NCBI GenBank assembly: GCA_021813155.1
Contig: JAKALK010000001.1
Span: forward strand, 1-48,128
Length of the DNA: 48,128 bases
DNA from: a bacterium
GTDB lineage: Bacteria; Patescibacteriota; Minisyncoccia; UBA6257; 2-01-FULL-56-20
Reading direction: 5' to 3'
Shown: positions 17,047-25,947 of the stretch, one piece after another
Numbering within the stretch: the stretch's first letter is position 1
How the letters are laid out: each line of letters starts with the position of its first letter
Translations under genes and position numbers: made by a program
Notes under the pieces: model-generated
Database searches by the model: none
The model's input: the letters and a program-made list of their open reading frames with translations, nothing else
Told to the model about the DNA's origin: nothing

Positions 17047-17904
17047 TCATATTCCTCCATGAATCTTCCGACCTATTATCTCAAGCTCTTTTAGCGCCAT
17101 CTTAGCTTGCGACTGATTCGGCGGTATGCCGTGCCATTTATAATCACTCTCCATAAAACTCACCCCTTTTCCAGGAATGGTGTGCGCTATAATCATCGTC
17201 GGCTTTTCATGAATCGCTTTTGCCTCCGCCACTGCATCAACTATGTGTTCAAAATTGTGTCCGTCAATCTCAATCACATGCCAGTTAAACGCTTCATATT
17301 TTTCCTTTAAGGGCTCAAGCGGCATCACCCCTTCAGTGTAACCATCAATTTGAATATTATTTCGATCAACTAAAGCCGTTAAATTACTCAGTCGGTTTTT
17401 CCCCGCAAACATCACCGCCTCCCAGTGGTTCCCCTCTTGGTGCTCACCGTCAGAAGTTAAGCAGTAAATTCTATATTTCTTATTATCCAAGCGGGCAGCT
17501 AAAGCCATCCCAATAGCTTGAGAAAGTCCCGAACCCAAAGGTCCCGAGGTCGTCTCAAGTCCCGGTAAAACTTTTCTGTGCGGATGCCCCTGTAGCCTCG
17601 AGTTAAGCTTTCTAAGTGTCTTTAGCTCGTCAATAGAGAAATAGCCAGCATGAGCCAAGGTCGCGTATAAGACAGGACAGATGTGGCCATTCGACAAAAT
17701 CAACCGATCCCGATCCGGCCAATGTGGTTTCCTGGCATTATGATTTAAGATGTGAAAATAAAAAGCGGTGAAAATATCGGCCATACCCAAAGAACCAGCC
17801 GAGTGACCAGAGCCCGCTTGAACAAGCATCCTAATTATATCCTGCCTGATCCGGTTAGCTAATATTTCCAAAAATCTTACTTTTTTGTCATCCAAAATAA
17901 GCAT
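17047..17904 (-). CDS. transketolase, N-terminal (thiamine-diphosphate-binding) subunit
   Basis: 285 aa. GSGHSAGSLGMADI, LSNGH, and TSDGEHQEGNHWEA (GDG-type ThDP motif). Confidence 0.9.
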   Translation of the reverse strand: MLILDDKKVRFLEILANRIRQDIIRMLVQAGSGHSAGSLGMADIFTAFYFHILNHNARKPHWPDRDRLILSNGHICPVLYATLAHAGYFSIDELKTLRKLNSRLQGHPHRKVLPGLETTSGPLGSGLSQAIGMALAARLDNKKYRIYCLTSDGEHQEGNHWEAVMFAGKNRLSNLTALVDRNNIQIDGYTEGVMPLEPLKEKYEAFNWHVIEIDGHNFEHIVDAVAEAKAIHEKPTMIIAHTIPGKGVSFMESDYKWHGIPPNQSQAKMALKELEIIGRKIHGGI

Positions 17905-17912
17905 AAAATATT

Positions 17913-18605
17913 CTACAATTCCTCAAGTTTTTCAAAAGCTCCCTTTGGATCCCCGCTTTCAAAAATATAACTCCCCGCTGCTAAAATATCCGCCCCTGCT
18001 TCTCTTGCCAGCTTTCCCGTTTCAAAATTCACCCCCCCATCTACCTCTATCTTAGCATTTGGGAACTGCGCCCTCAAAAACCGGATTTTCTCTAAAGCCA
18101 CCGTCAAAAATTTCTGGCCAGACAATCCTGGTCGCACAGAGAGAACCTGAAAAGCGTTGAATTCATCTAAGTAATCTTTAAAGTCTTCAAGTCTCGTCTC
18201 AGGATTAGTTGCGAGCATCACCTCGGCTCCAAATTCGCCGCTTTTTTTAAATATATCCTTAATCACTATCTCGGGATTTACTTTAGTCTTTCTAAACTTA
18301 TTATCCCAAATCGTCTCACCGTGAACGATCACTCTTTTCGACCCAATCTTAAGCCACTCCAAAACTTCCCGCTCCGGTTCCTCAATCATTAAATGAACCT
18401 CAATATTAAAATTAAACTCGGCGTGAGCCTTCAAAAGCTTCGCCAATTCCGAAGGATGAGACCAGGTTTTGTTAAAGGTGAACTTTGCGTCAGCTACATC
18501 AATATGTACCCAAGCCTCCCGAGGCAAGAATGAACTGAGCTGCAGAAATTTATGGGCTACACACCCAAAATCCATGCAGTTTATAGTTGGAATTACCTGA
18601 ACCAT
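17913..18605 (-). CDS. rpe: ribulose-phosphate 3-epimerase (divergent)
   Basis: 230 aa. HIDVADAKF, EVHLMIEEP, IEVDGGVN and a C-terminal GADILAAGSYIF match the Rpe TIM-barrel motifs. It sits in an operon with rpiB and tkt. Confidence 0.8.
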   Translation of the reverse strand: MVQVIPTINCMDFGCVAHKFLQLSSFLPREAWVHIDVADAKFTFNKTWSHPSELAKLLKAHAEFNFNIEVHLMIEEPEREVLEWLKIGSKRVIVHGETIWDNKFRKTKVNPEIVIKDIFKKSGEFGAEVMLATNPETRLEDFKDYLDEFNAFQVLSVRPGLSGQKFLTVALEKIRFLRAQFPNAKIEVDGGVNFETGKLAREAGADILAAGSYIFESGDPKGAFEKLEEL

Positions 18606-18622
18606 TTATATATTTTTCCGAT

Positions 18623-19087
18623 TTATTGCCTACCTTTCAGGTTTGCTTCCACGACCGCAATCTTTCCCAGCCGCCTCCTATACCTTTCTTCTCCACTAAA
18701 CGGCGTTTCTAAGAATACCTGAACCATTTTTAGAGCTTCCTCTTCTTTCGTAAAATTCGAAGCCAAACTTAAAATATTCACATCGTCATCTTTTCTCGCG
18801 TCTCTAACTTGGCCTGGAGAAATCCCTAAGACTGACCGCACTTTGGGAAATTTATTCGCCACAATATCCACCCCAGCTCCAGAACCGCAAATCAGAACTC
18901 CCCTGCTCGAGGCAGGATTAGCCGCCACATTGGTTGCCACCAAAACAGCCAAGCCAGTATAATCATCTCCCTCGTCATAACTATGACTCCCTAAGTCCGA
19001 AATTTCGTAGCTTTCATGAACTAAACGCTTCTTCAAAATCTCCTTCAAATTAAAACCCCGATGATCCGCCCCCAGATAAACCACCAT
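18623..19087 (-). CDS. rpiB: ribose-5-phosphate isomerase B (RpiB/LacAB family)
   Basis: MVVYLGADHRGF...ICGSGAGVDIVANK motifs. I start it at the internal ATG (complement of 19085-19087), because the 14 extra residues in the ORF track (MLRGGGFCLWYNLL) precede the conserved N-terminus. Confidence 0.85.
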   Translation of the reverse strand: MVVYLGADHRGFNLKEILKKRLVHESYEISDLGSHSYDEGDDYTGLAVLVATNVAANPASSRGVLICGSGAGVDIVANKFPKVRSVLGISPGQVRDARKDDDVNILSLASNFTKEEEALKMVQVFLETPFSGEERYRRRLGKIAVVEANLKGRQ

Positions 19088-19166
19088 TAACAAATTATAC
19101 CACAAACAAAAACCCCCGCCCCGAAGCATAGTTCTAGGTTGGCTTTAGAAAACTGCGATCTCGAAC

Positions 19167-21101
19167 CTACATTAACGGCGCCACTATACTAAAAGGAGCA
19201 CCACTTGAATCCGAAACGACGTTTTTACTAATCGGTTGCCCCGCAACGCTAATCTTATATTGTTTCGCTGGCACTATAGAATCACCATATACGAGCGGAG
19301 AACCCACAAGCCATTTATATTCTCCTGTATTAGGCGCATTAGTTACAATAGTCATAGGCGCTATCGGAACAACAGTTTGGCAAACATATTGACCATTAGA
19401 ATAACATTCTGGATGGTACATGTTTATTGTTATACTAACTGTTTTTATATCACTAGACGCTCTCCATCTAATAATTTGTTCGCTACCAATTGACCAAACC
19501 TCTCCTCCATTCGGCGAAAGTACTAAAATCTTAGTTTCCCGGTCGGTTTGCGTCACGTTACCCGCCACCACACTCACGCTTATACTCGTTTTAACCTTTT
19601 GCCCATTATCATCCGTCACATAAAAAACCGGAGTGTAATTCCCTAATGCACTATACGAACGTGAAAACGTTGCCGTATTTTGAGTCATCATCATCCTTGG
19701 CGCTGTTAAACCACCCAAACTAGTCGAAAGCTCATCGCCCCAAACCACCGAATAACTCAAACTGCCATTCTCGGGATCATAAGCTTTCACTGTCCAAGTT
19801 CCCATTTCGCCAGCCTTCAGCGTGGTCGGCCCGCTTATACCAGTCACGACTGGAGGTTTATTTTCTGATGTAACATTTGGTCCGATAACAAACACTCCGC
19901 TATTGCCCGAAAATCCTCCACTAATTGCATCAACCGTAATAATCATCTGCCCTTGATACTGGCTCGACAAGTCCGCCGGAATTGTCCAAGTGAAATATCC
20001 GTTATTATCAGTTTTCTCCGTAATCACATACGGCATCGGCTCCGCCATCATACATCTCACCGGTCCCACATAAAGACAAGCAATATATTTATGAAGCGTA
20101 ATCTTAACTGGTCCAATCGCCGAGAAAGTTGTAGTACCGAGAGGAGGTGGATCAATGCAAATTTGAGGTTTTCCTTCCCCCTGTGAAAAACATCCGTACT
20201 TTTCATTAGTTACTGTTGGCCAAACCTGGCTCCAGGCAATTTTATATGTCTGACCTAACTGCCAATTCTCTCCCGCCGAAGGCGAATATACCTTTATTCC
20301 CTGATTCGGAATCGGAACCGGCTTTGGTTTCGGGCAAGGATAAATCTCCTCGCTACTACCACTACCGATTAACGTCGGCGCTACTTCGCCTTCGATTTTG
20401 GTTCGAGTGCTGTCATCAATTTCTCCTGTCGCCGTGAGTCCATTTTTTTCCTGAAATCTAGTAACGGCTTTTTTAGTCAGCTGTCCGAAATAACCTGTCA
20501 CTAATCCTTCCGGATAAACTTTTTTATCCATCGCTAAATATTGCTGAACAATTTTTACATCATCTCCAGAAGCACCAATTTTTGCTTTAGCTGGAAGAAT
20601 ACATCCGTATCCTTCGGCATAAACTTTTTTAGCGATAAATCCGGTAAAACCGCCCTCAATATTCTGATATTGAAACTGCCCCCAAAGCGTCACTTCCTGC
20701 CCTTCGTATTTTTTTAAAATAGCCAAAACATTATCGTCTACCGCTTTTACCAAATAACCTACACTCTCTAAACCAATTGCATTAACTTTACTGGAATCCA
20801 GAGAATACTTAACTTGGATCATATGCGTCCCCCATTGGTTAGTACTTGGGCTAGCGACCGAAAGAACGCCCGAGAGGGTATCCCAACCCCGATCAGGAAT
20901 CGGCAGCGGAAGTGAAGTTTGTTGACTTCTGAGCGCATCAATCTGCGCTTGTAAATTTTTTATCATCTCTAAAAGCGAACTCACTTGCTTTTGAAGTGCC
21001 TGAATTGAAGAATCCGCAACCTGAGCCATAACTCGACTCCCTGGCATGATCACTAAAAAAGCAAAAACACTCAAAAATAAAACTAACAATAATTTTTTCA
21101 T
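19167..21101 (-). CDS. secreted surface protein: signal peptide, coiled-coil motif, PG_binding_1-like domain, Ig-like modules, one PKD module
   Basis: 644 aa. Signal peptide MKKLLLVLFLSVFAFLVIMPGSRVMAQ. Helical motif IQALQKQVSSLLEMIKNLQAQIDALRSQQ. PG-binding-like block GDDVKIVQQYL...GYFGQLTKKAVTRFQEKNGLTATGEID. PKD-like block PPVVTGISGPTTLKAGEMGTWTVKAYDPENGSLSYSVVWGDE...YTPVFYVTDDNGQ. Confidence 0.85.
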   Translation of the reverse strand: MKKLLLVLFLSVFAFLVIMPGSRVMAQVADSSIQALQKQVSSLLEMIKNLQAQIDALRSQQTSLPLPIPDRGWDTLSGVLSVASPSTNQWGTHMIQVKYSLDSSKVNAIGLESVGYLVKAVDDNVLAILKKYEGQEVTLWGQFQYQNIEGGFTGFIAKKVYAEGYGCILPAKAKIGASGDDVKIVQQYLAMDKKVYPEGLVTGYFGQLTKKAVTRFQEKNGLTATGEIDDSTRTKIEGEVAPTLIGSGSSEEIYPCPKPKPVPIPNQGIKVYSPSAGENWQLGQTYKIAWSQVWPTVTNEKYGCFSQGEGKPQICIDPPPLGTTTFSAIGPVKITLHKYIACLYVGPVRCMMAEPMPYVITEKTDNNGYFTWTIPADLSSQYQGQMIITVDAISGGFSGNSGVFVIGPNVTSENKPPVVTGISGPTTLKAGEMGTWTVKAYDPENGSLSYSVVWGDELSTSLGGLTAPRMMMTQNTATFSRSYSALGNYTPVFYVTDDNGQKVKTSISVSVVAGNVTQTDRETKILVLSPNGGEVWSIGSEQIIRWRASSDIKTVSITINMYHPECYSNGQYVCQTVVPIAPMTIVTNAPNTGEYKWLVGSPLVYGDSIVPAKQYKISVAGQPISKNVVSDSSGAPFSIVAPLM

Positions 21102-21168
21102 TAAATTAACAGAAATTTTTGTATGTGTGCGAAATCGACTTTTATTTATATTAAAAATATATACGAAA

Positions 21169-21186
21169 CACCTTTAATTCATTATA
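21169..21186 (-). promoter_or_regulatory. TATAAT-N5-AAAGGTG promoter/leader motif upstream of the 644-aa gene
   Basis: The minus strand reads ggggcgTATAATgaattAAAGGTGttt. The same arrangement occurs upstream of the three downstream-neighbouring giant genes. Confidence 0.35.
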
Positions 21187-21207
21187 CGCCCCAACTCTCA
21201 AAAAGCT

Positions 21208-21244
21208 ACAAAAAACCTAAGCCCCGCCTAGGACGGGGCTTAGG
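21208..21244 (-). terminator. rho-independent terminator of the 1525-aa gene
   Basis: CCTAAGCCCCG (21216-21226) pairs with CGGGGCTTAGG (21234-21244), a perfect 11-bp stem with a 7-nt loop. TTTTTTGT follows on the minus strand. Confidence 0.8.
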
Positions 21245-21268
21245 ACACAAACCTAAAAATCTACAAAG

Positions 21269-24200
21269 CTAAGGAATAAACGTAAGTTTCCATAAACCAC
21301 TCGAAGCTACCCATATCCATTTTCTCCCATCTGGTCCGGTCCAAGTAGTTAATCGATCTGGATTGTTGAGAGGCGGCAAATCCGGCGCGTTCCAAAGCGG
21401 AGCATAACCACCAAGCGGCACATAATTTGACGTATTTGCAACTGTTACGCTAGCTGTTTTACTTGCGCTTCCGCCTTTGCTATCAGTAACAGTGAGGGTC
21501 AAATTATATGTACCCGCGCTACGGAAATAATACTTGAGTTGAATCGAATTTCCGGATACTAATTTTCCGGCATACTGCGGTCCAGGATTCAAATTATCCT
21601 GCCAGAAATAAGTATCACCTCCCCAATCAATCCTATAAGTCATAGCATCTCCGTCTGGATCAGTTGCTTTAATATCCCAAGAACCGTTCACTGAAGGCGC
21701 AAGTGTGGTCGGTCCGGCAAAACTATCTATCACCGGCAATCTATTCGCAACCGGAGTCGATCCTGCTTTCTCCAGCCAATCCTGCACCGACCACCCGTCA
21801 ACTCCAGTATCGTAGTTTACGTTCCACCAAACGTATCCATCCGAATATTTTGGCCCGCCAACGATCGTTCCCAAATCTCCCGTCATTCTCGATCCCTGCG
21901 CCAATCCGGCAAGAGATCCGGCCGTCCGCACTTGCAAATAATCTCCAGTCACCCTCACCGGATCACCAATCACAAACTTAGCTGGTGGAAGAATGATAGT
22001 TGTATTGCTTGTTATATTCACCCTGATTGGTATTGCACTAACCGAATTCCCGGCCGCATCGGCCACAGTCAGTTGGACAGTTTTATAACCAGTCGTCGAG
22101 TAAGAGTGCATCTTAGCCACTGGAATTCCACTCGCCCCGCTAAAAGTCTCGGTGTTCCCATCCCCCCAAATTATTGTGTAAGACAAACTCATTCCTTCTG
22201 GGTCACTTGCCAAAATATTCCAGGACGCCGATACGCCAGCCAACAAGCTGACGGGCCCGGTGAAAGTTGTTATTATCGGCGCTCCGTTCCCACCAGTCGC
22301 ACCCGAAGTGACATTAACATTCAACGATCCTGAATCCGAACCTTGCCCATCCGACACCGTCACTCCGATCGTCTTCTGCCCCGTCGAAGTGTAAGTATGA
22401 GGCATCGAAATTACCTGACCGCTCGTGCCGGTATAAGTTGAAGTCGCGCTACCGTCTCCCCAATTCACGCTGTAAGAAAGAACAGTTGAGTCAGAATCAG
22501 TTGCGGAAACCTGCCAAGTCGCGCTTGTATTTATTGTCACACTAGCTGCTCCGGACGGGTTAGCTAAAACCGGCGGCTGATTTTGCGGATTTTGATGATC
22601 GCCAGACCCCGTATTATTTTCTCCATTATTTCCACTCGCAGAAATCGAAAACTGCTGGCTTGTCTGCTGCATAGAAATTCCAGGCTCAGCAGAATAAATT
22701 ATCACCACATAATCGTCCCGCGGCGGCAAATCAGCCGGTATATTCCAGATGTAGGAACCAGTATTAGGAGCGTTGAGTTTAATGATGCCGTAATTAGAGA
22801 GATAAATATGGACGCTACTTATGGTTGTCGGCATACTCCAACGTATTGTCAATGTTCCACCCGGTACCAATCTATCTGCTCCACTACTCTCAACATTCAC
22901 ATCTCCTTCACGAGAACCACCAACTTTCTCGAGCCAATACTGTATCGGGGCTCCTCCTCCTTCCGCCACCCAGCCACTTGGAGCTTGATCAAAATTTACC
23001 TGCCACCAACAATAACCACTTGCAGAAACAGGACCTCCATTAACCACGCCTTGATCATTATCATAGTGACCACCTAATTTATTTGCGTCAGGATTACTAC
23101 TTAACCGCTCTGGAGAAGAGCGAACATTTAGAGGATGCTCGGCATCAGTATTAATCACCTTCACCCCGTCTCCAGACTGAAATCTCGTGCTGCAAGGCGC
23201 CGTCACTGTAACCTGTTTAGTTGCCGTCGCTTTAAGTCCCGCCCCATCTGTAACCGTAAGAATTATCGTAAACGTTCCAGCTTGAGCATAAGTATGATTT
23301 ACATCTTTACTCGCCGTTGCTCCAGACAGAGAACCGGAATCCGGATTACTATTATCACCCCAATCAACAGCGTACGAAGCCAGAGCCCCCTCTGGGTCGC
23401 TTGCTGTAAATCGCCAAACTTGGCTCACGCCCACAAATACATTCCCGTCTCTATCGCCAGTAAAACTATCAATTTTCGGAGGTTGATTTCCTTTTTCGTA
23501 ACGACACACAGTATCTCCCCAAAAATTATTACCATAAACGGAAGGATTAACCGCATAAGTATTCAAGCAGTTCCACCGCCCACCCGAACCAGCTTGAGCA
23601 GCAACTCCCGCGGTAGGTAAAGAATTCTGCGCCACACTCGAAGGAATAGAAACCTGATAATTCACACTTACATAATAAGGATCGATCACTAAAACACCGT
23701 CTCCAATATTTATCTCTCGTCCCAAAATATTGTCAGCCGTAAAATCCCACTTACCTGTCGGGATTCCAATACTCTGTAAATTACCTTCAGAAGGCCAAGC
23801 ATCCCCGCCATAATCATAATGAACTTGCCACGTCCCAGATAACGGTCCGCCAATAATAACCCCTTTATCTTTTGTAAATCCTGTAAAGCCGACTCCAGCC
23901 CAAGAAGGAGTTAAACCAGCCAACGTTGTATTTCGCACTCTCGCCCCAATTGATAAACCAACTCCAGTTATTGGCGGAGTAGAAGTCGTTGCGGTTAAAG
24001 TCACCGCCACTGTTTTAGAAAACTGAGCAGTTAATCCACCTGGGTCATTCACCTTAAATACGATAGTAAAAACCCCAGTAGCACCAAAAGTGTGCGTCAG
24101 AGATAATGCAGAACCAGCAGGAGTAGTCGTATTATCTCCCCATGCCGCCTCGTAAGTTAGGGCATCGCCATTCGGATCAGTCGCCGCAACCGTCCAAGCT

Positions 24201-25846
24201 CCCATCTGCCCAACTTGAAGTGCTGTAGGACCCGACACATCAGAAATCGTCGGCGAACCGGGGTTTGCACCACCTCCCCCCGCAATCGAAAACGAAGCAC
24301 TAAACACATCTGTCCATTTCCCGTCGGTCTTATAAACAATTGCTTTTATAAAATACAACCCATCGGCCACGCCATTAGGAATAGTCCAATTATACGAACC
24401 CGACAAAAGCTGAGTTTTGGACAAATTCTCAACTATAGTTGACTGGGCCAAACCAGTCGCTTTATTAATCAAAATCAACCGTACCCCGCTAACCCCTATA
24501 GCATCCCAATCTCCCCATCTGATCGCGTACTGTTGACCCGTCTGCCAATTCTCCCCACCGCTCGGAACAGTAAACAAAAACCTATCAAAACTGCCGCCAG
24601 CATTGGGTTTCACCACACTTACAACCTGAGTGCCGCTCAAGCTCTTTCCGTTTGAATCTCTCACGGTAACCGAAACCGTGTAAGTCCCGATAGACGTATA
24701 TGTATGCCTAGCATTCACATTTTGTCCGGCTAAGGCAGTATATGTACTATTCGCGCTCCCATCCCCCCAACGAACCGTATAAGTCAAAGTCCCCTCACCT
24801 TGGGCGCTTATAGTCAAATAACTTTCTTTATTCGCTACAAGATCTGTGGGCGCGTCGATGACAAGAGAACTGGGCGGCTGGGCAGAGTGTTCAATAAACA
24901 TTTCACTCGTCCAACCCGTATATCCAGCATCAAAACTAAATTGCCACATTGTATCGTCACGGTAAGGCATTGGACCACCCACCACTGTGCCTAAAGCATT
25001 AAGTGGCAATTTACTAGGAAGAACACTGGCCGTCCCTAAATCATAGCCTGAATAAATACTCCGGTTATTCATAAAATTTTTGACCCTTTCCCCGGCAACA
25101 AACTTAACATTCGTTGGTACTTTTTCTAAAAATTTTTCTGCTGTCCACCCATCCTTCCAATAATTGTAATCAACTTTCCACCACCAGCAATCACAACCGT
25201 TGACAACCGCACGCTCGGGACCACCAATTATCTTCCCTAAATCTCCGGCATAACGCGAACCCGGATAAGAGTTGCCGCCAGCAGTCTCTCTTACATACAC
25301 CCCACTTTCAGTTACCTTCACAGAATCTCCGATTGAAAATTTAGTTGAAACCGGCGTCGGTATTGATCCAGCCGGAACGACACTAAACGCATTACTCACA
25401 TTCAAATCTATAGGATTTGCGAAATCAGACCTATAAGTTCTGGTTATTATTTTATACGGCCCAGGTTTAAGGGTAGATGGGATCGTCCAATCAAAACCCA
25501 TTTGGCCAGATCCAATCACAAAATCCTTAGAAATTTTTTGGTCAAATATAGTAACTGGAGCAGGCCAAGCAAAATCAGTCGTGACATCTACGTATAAAAC
25601 ACTTATATGTGAAAGCCATGTCGTCGGAGTCCTCTCCCAAGAACCGTCATATTGTTGATTCCAACGAATAGAAAGCTTGCTCCCTGCCTCCACAATTTCA
25701 CTCCCGTTTGGCGCCGTAAAAGTGTTGACCTCTGCTGCTCCATAGTATGGATTAATTTTAGTCTGCGCCGAAACCTTTACCGGAGAAACAACGACCCAAC
25801 TAAAACCTACCAAAGCCGCTAACGAAAAAACGATAATTTTTTTCAT
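21269..25846 (-). CDS. giant secreted mosaic surface protein (6 PKD-like, about 5 SH3b-like, about 3 Ig-like modules)
   Basis: 1525 aa. Signal peptide MKKIIVFSLAALVGFSWVVVSPVKVSAQ. Six blocks with (W/Y)x(V/I)xWG(D/G)(G/N/D)...HxY...GxYx(V/I)x(L/F)xVxDxxG. SH3b-like blocks such as FVIGDPVRVTGDYLQVRTAGSLAG...GDLGTIVGGPKYSDGYVWWNVNYDTGVDGWSVQDWLEKA. Confidence 0.85.
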   Translation of the reverse strand: MKKIIVFSLAALVGFSWVVVSPVKVSAQTKINPYYGAAEVNTFTAPNGSEIVEAGSKLSIRWNQQYDGSWERTPTTWLSHISVLYVDVTTDFAWPAPVTIFDQKISKDFVIGSGQMGFDWTIPSTLKPGPYKIITRTYRSDFANPIDLNVSNAFSVVPAGSIPTPVSTKFSIGDSVKVTESGVYVRETAGGNSYPGSRYAGDLGKIIGGPERAVVNGCDCWWWKVDYNYWKDGWTAEKFLEKVPTNVKFVAGERVKNFMNNRSIYSGYDLGTASVLPSKLPLNALGTVVGGPMPYRDDTMWQFSFDAGYTGWTSEMFIEHSAQPPSSLVIDAPTDLVANKESYLTISAQGEGTLTYTVRWGDGSANSTYTALAGQNVNARHTYTSIGTYTVSVTVRDSNGKSLSGTQVVSVVKPNAGGSFDRFLFTVPSGGENWQTGQQYAIRWGDWDAIGVSGVRLILINKATGLAQSTIVENLSKTQLLSGSYNWTIPNGVADGLYFIKAIVYKTDGKWTDVFSASFSIAGGGGANPGSPTISDVSGPTALQVGQMGAWTVAATDPNGDALTYEAAWGDNTTTPAGSALSLTHTFGATGVFTIVFKVNDPGGLTAQFSKTVAVTLTATTSTPPITGVGLSIGARVRNTTLAGLTPSWAGVGFTGFTKDKGVIIGGPLSGTWQVHYDYGGDAWPSEGNLQSIGIPTGKWDFTADNILGREINIGDGVLVIDPYYVSVNYQVSIPSSVAQNSLPTAGVAAQAGSGGRWNCLNTYAVNPSVYGNNFWGDTVCRYEKGNQPPKIDSFTGDRDGNVFVGVSQVWRFTASDPEGALASYAVDWGDNSNPDSGSLSGATASKDVNHTYAQAGTFTIILTVTDGAGLKATATKQVTVTAPCSTRFQSGDGVKVINTDAEHPLNVRSSPERLSSNPDANKLGGHYDNDQGVVNGGPVSASGYCWWQVNFDQAPSGWVAEGGGAPIQYWLEKVGGSREGDVNVESSGADRLVPGGTLTIRWSMPTTISSVHIYLSNYGIIKLNAPNTGSYIWNIPADLPPRDDYVVIIYSAEPGISMQQTSQQFSISASGNNGENNTGSGDHQNPQNQPPVLANPSGAASVTINTSATWQVSATDSDSTVLSYSVNWGDGSATSTYTGTSGQVISMPHTYTSTGQKTIGVTVSDGQGSDSGSLNVNVTSGATGGNGAPIITTFTGPVSLLAGVSASWNILASDPEGMSLSYTIIWGDGNTETFSGASGIPVAKMHSYSTTGYKTVQLTVADAAGNSVSAIPIRVNITSNTTIILPPAKFVIGDPVRVTGDYLQVRTAGSLAGLAQGSRMTGDLGTIVGGPKYSDGYVWWNVNYDTGVDGWSVQDWLEKAGSTPVANRLPVIDSFAGPTTLAPSVNGSWDIKATDPDGDAMTYRIDWGGDTYFWQDNLNPGPQYAGKLVSGNSIQLKYYFRSAGTYNLTLTVTDSKGGSASKTASVTVANTSNYVPLGGYAPLWNAPDLPPLNNPDRLTTWTGPDGRKWIWVASSGLWKLTFIP

Positions 25847-25862
25847 ATATAAAAATCAAAAA

Positions 25863-25881
25863 GACCTTTCCTATTATTATA
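25863..25881 (-). promoter_or_regulatory. TATAAT-N6-AAAGGTC promoter/leader motif upstream of the 1525-aa gene
   Basis: The minus strand reads TTGGGT-17 nt-TATAAT-aatagg-AAAGGTCtttttgatttttatatATG. Confidence 0.4.
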
Positions 25882-25947
25882 GGCAAATCAAAATCAACAC
25901 CCAAGAGATCTTATCCCCATAAACCTAACCCAAAAACTATAGAAATC

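Noticed and set aside
18623-19129. N-terminal extensions in the ORF track. rpiB: 19129 (ORF track) versus 19087 (my call). uppP: 41397 versus 41433. atpA: 46178 versus 46223. BpsA-like gene: 39471 versus 39501. 158-aa ORF: 41371 versus 41311.
   Set aside because: The extensions use TTG or upstream ATG codons, add residues preceding the conserved N-termini, or create long overlaps. Internal ATGs give family-typical N-termini or proper coupling.
21703-24994. Many 60-190-aa ORFs antisense to or overlapping the giant genes. Examples: 22583-23077, 23135-23620, 26879-27358, 29123-29686; also 4702-5181, 39596-40051 and 45405-45797 elsewhere.
   Set aside because: These are shadow ORFs on the opposite strand or in alternate frames of clearly conserved or modular coding sequence. 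Their compositions are R/S/P/I-rich and low-complexity. None has an SD or promoter context.
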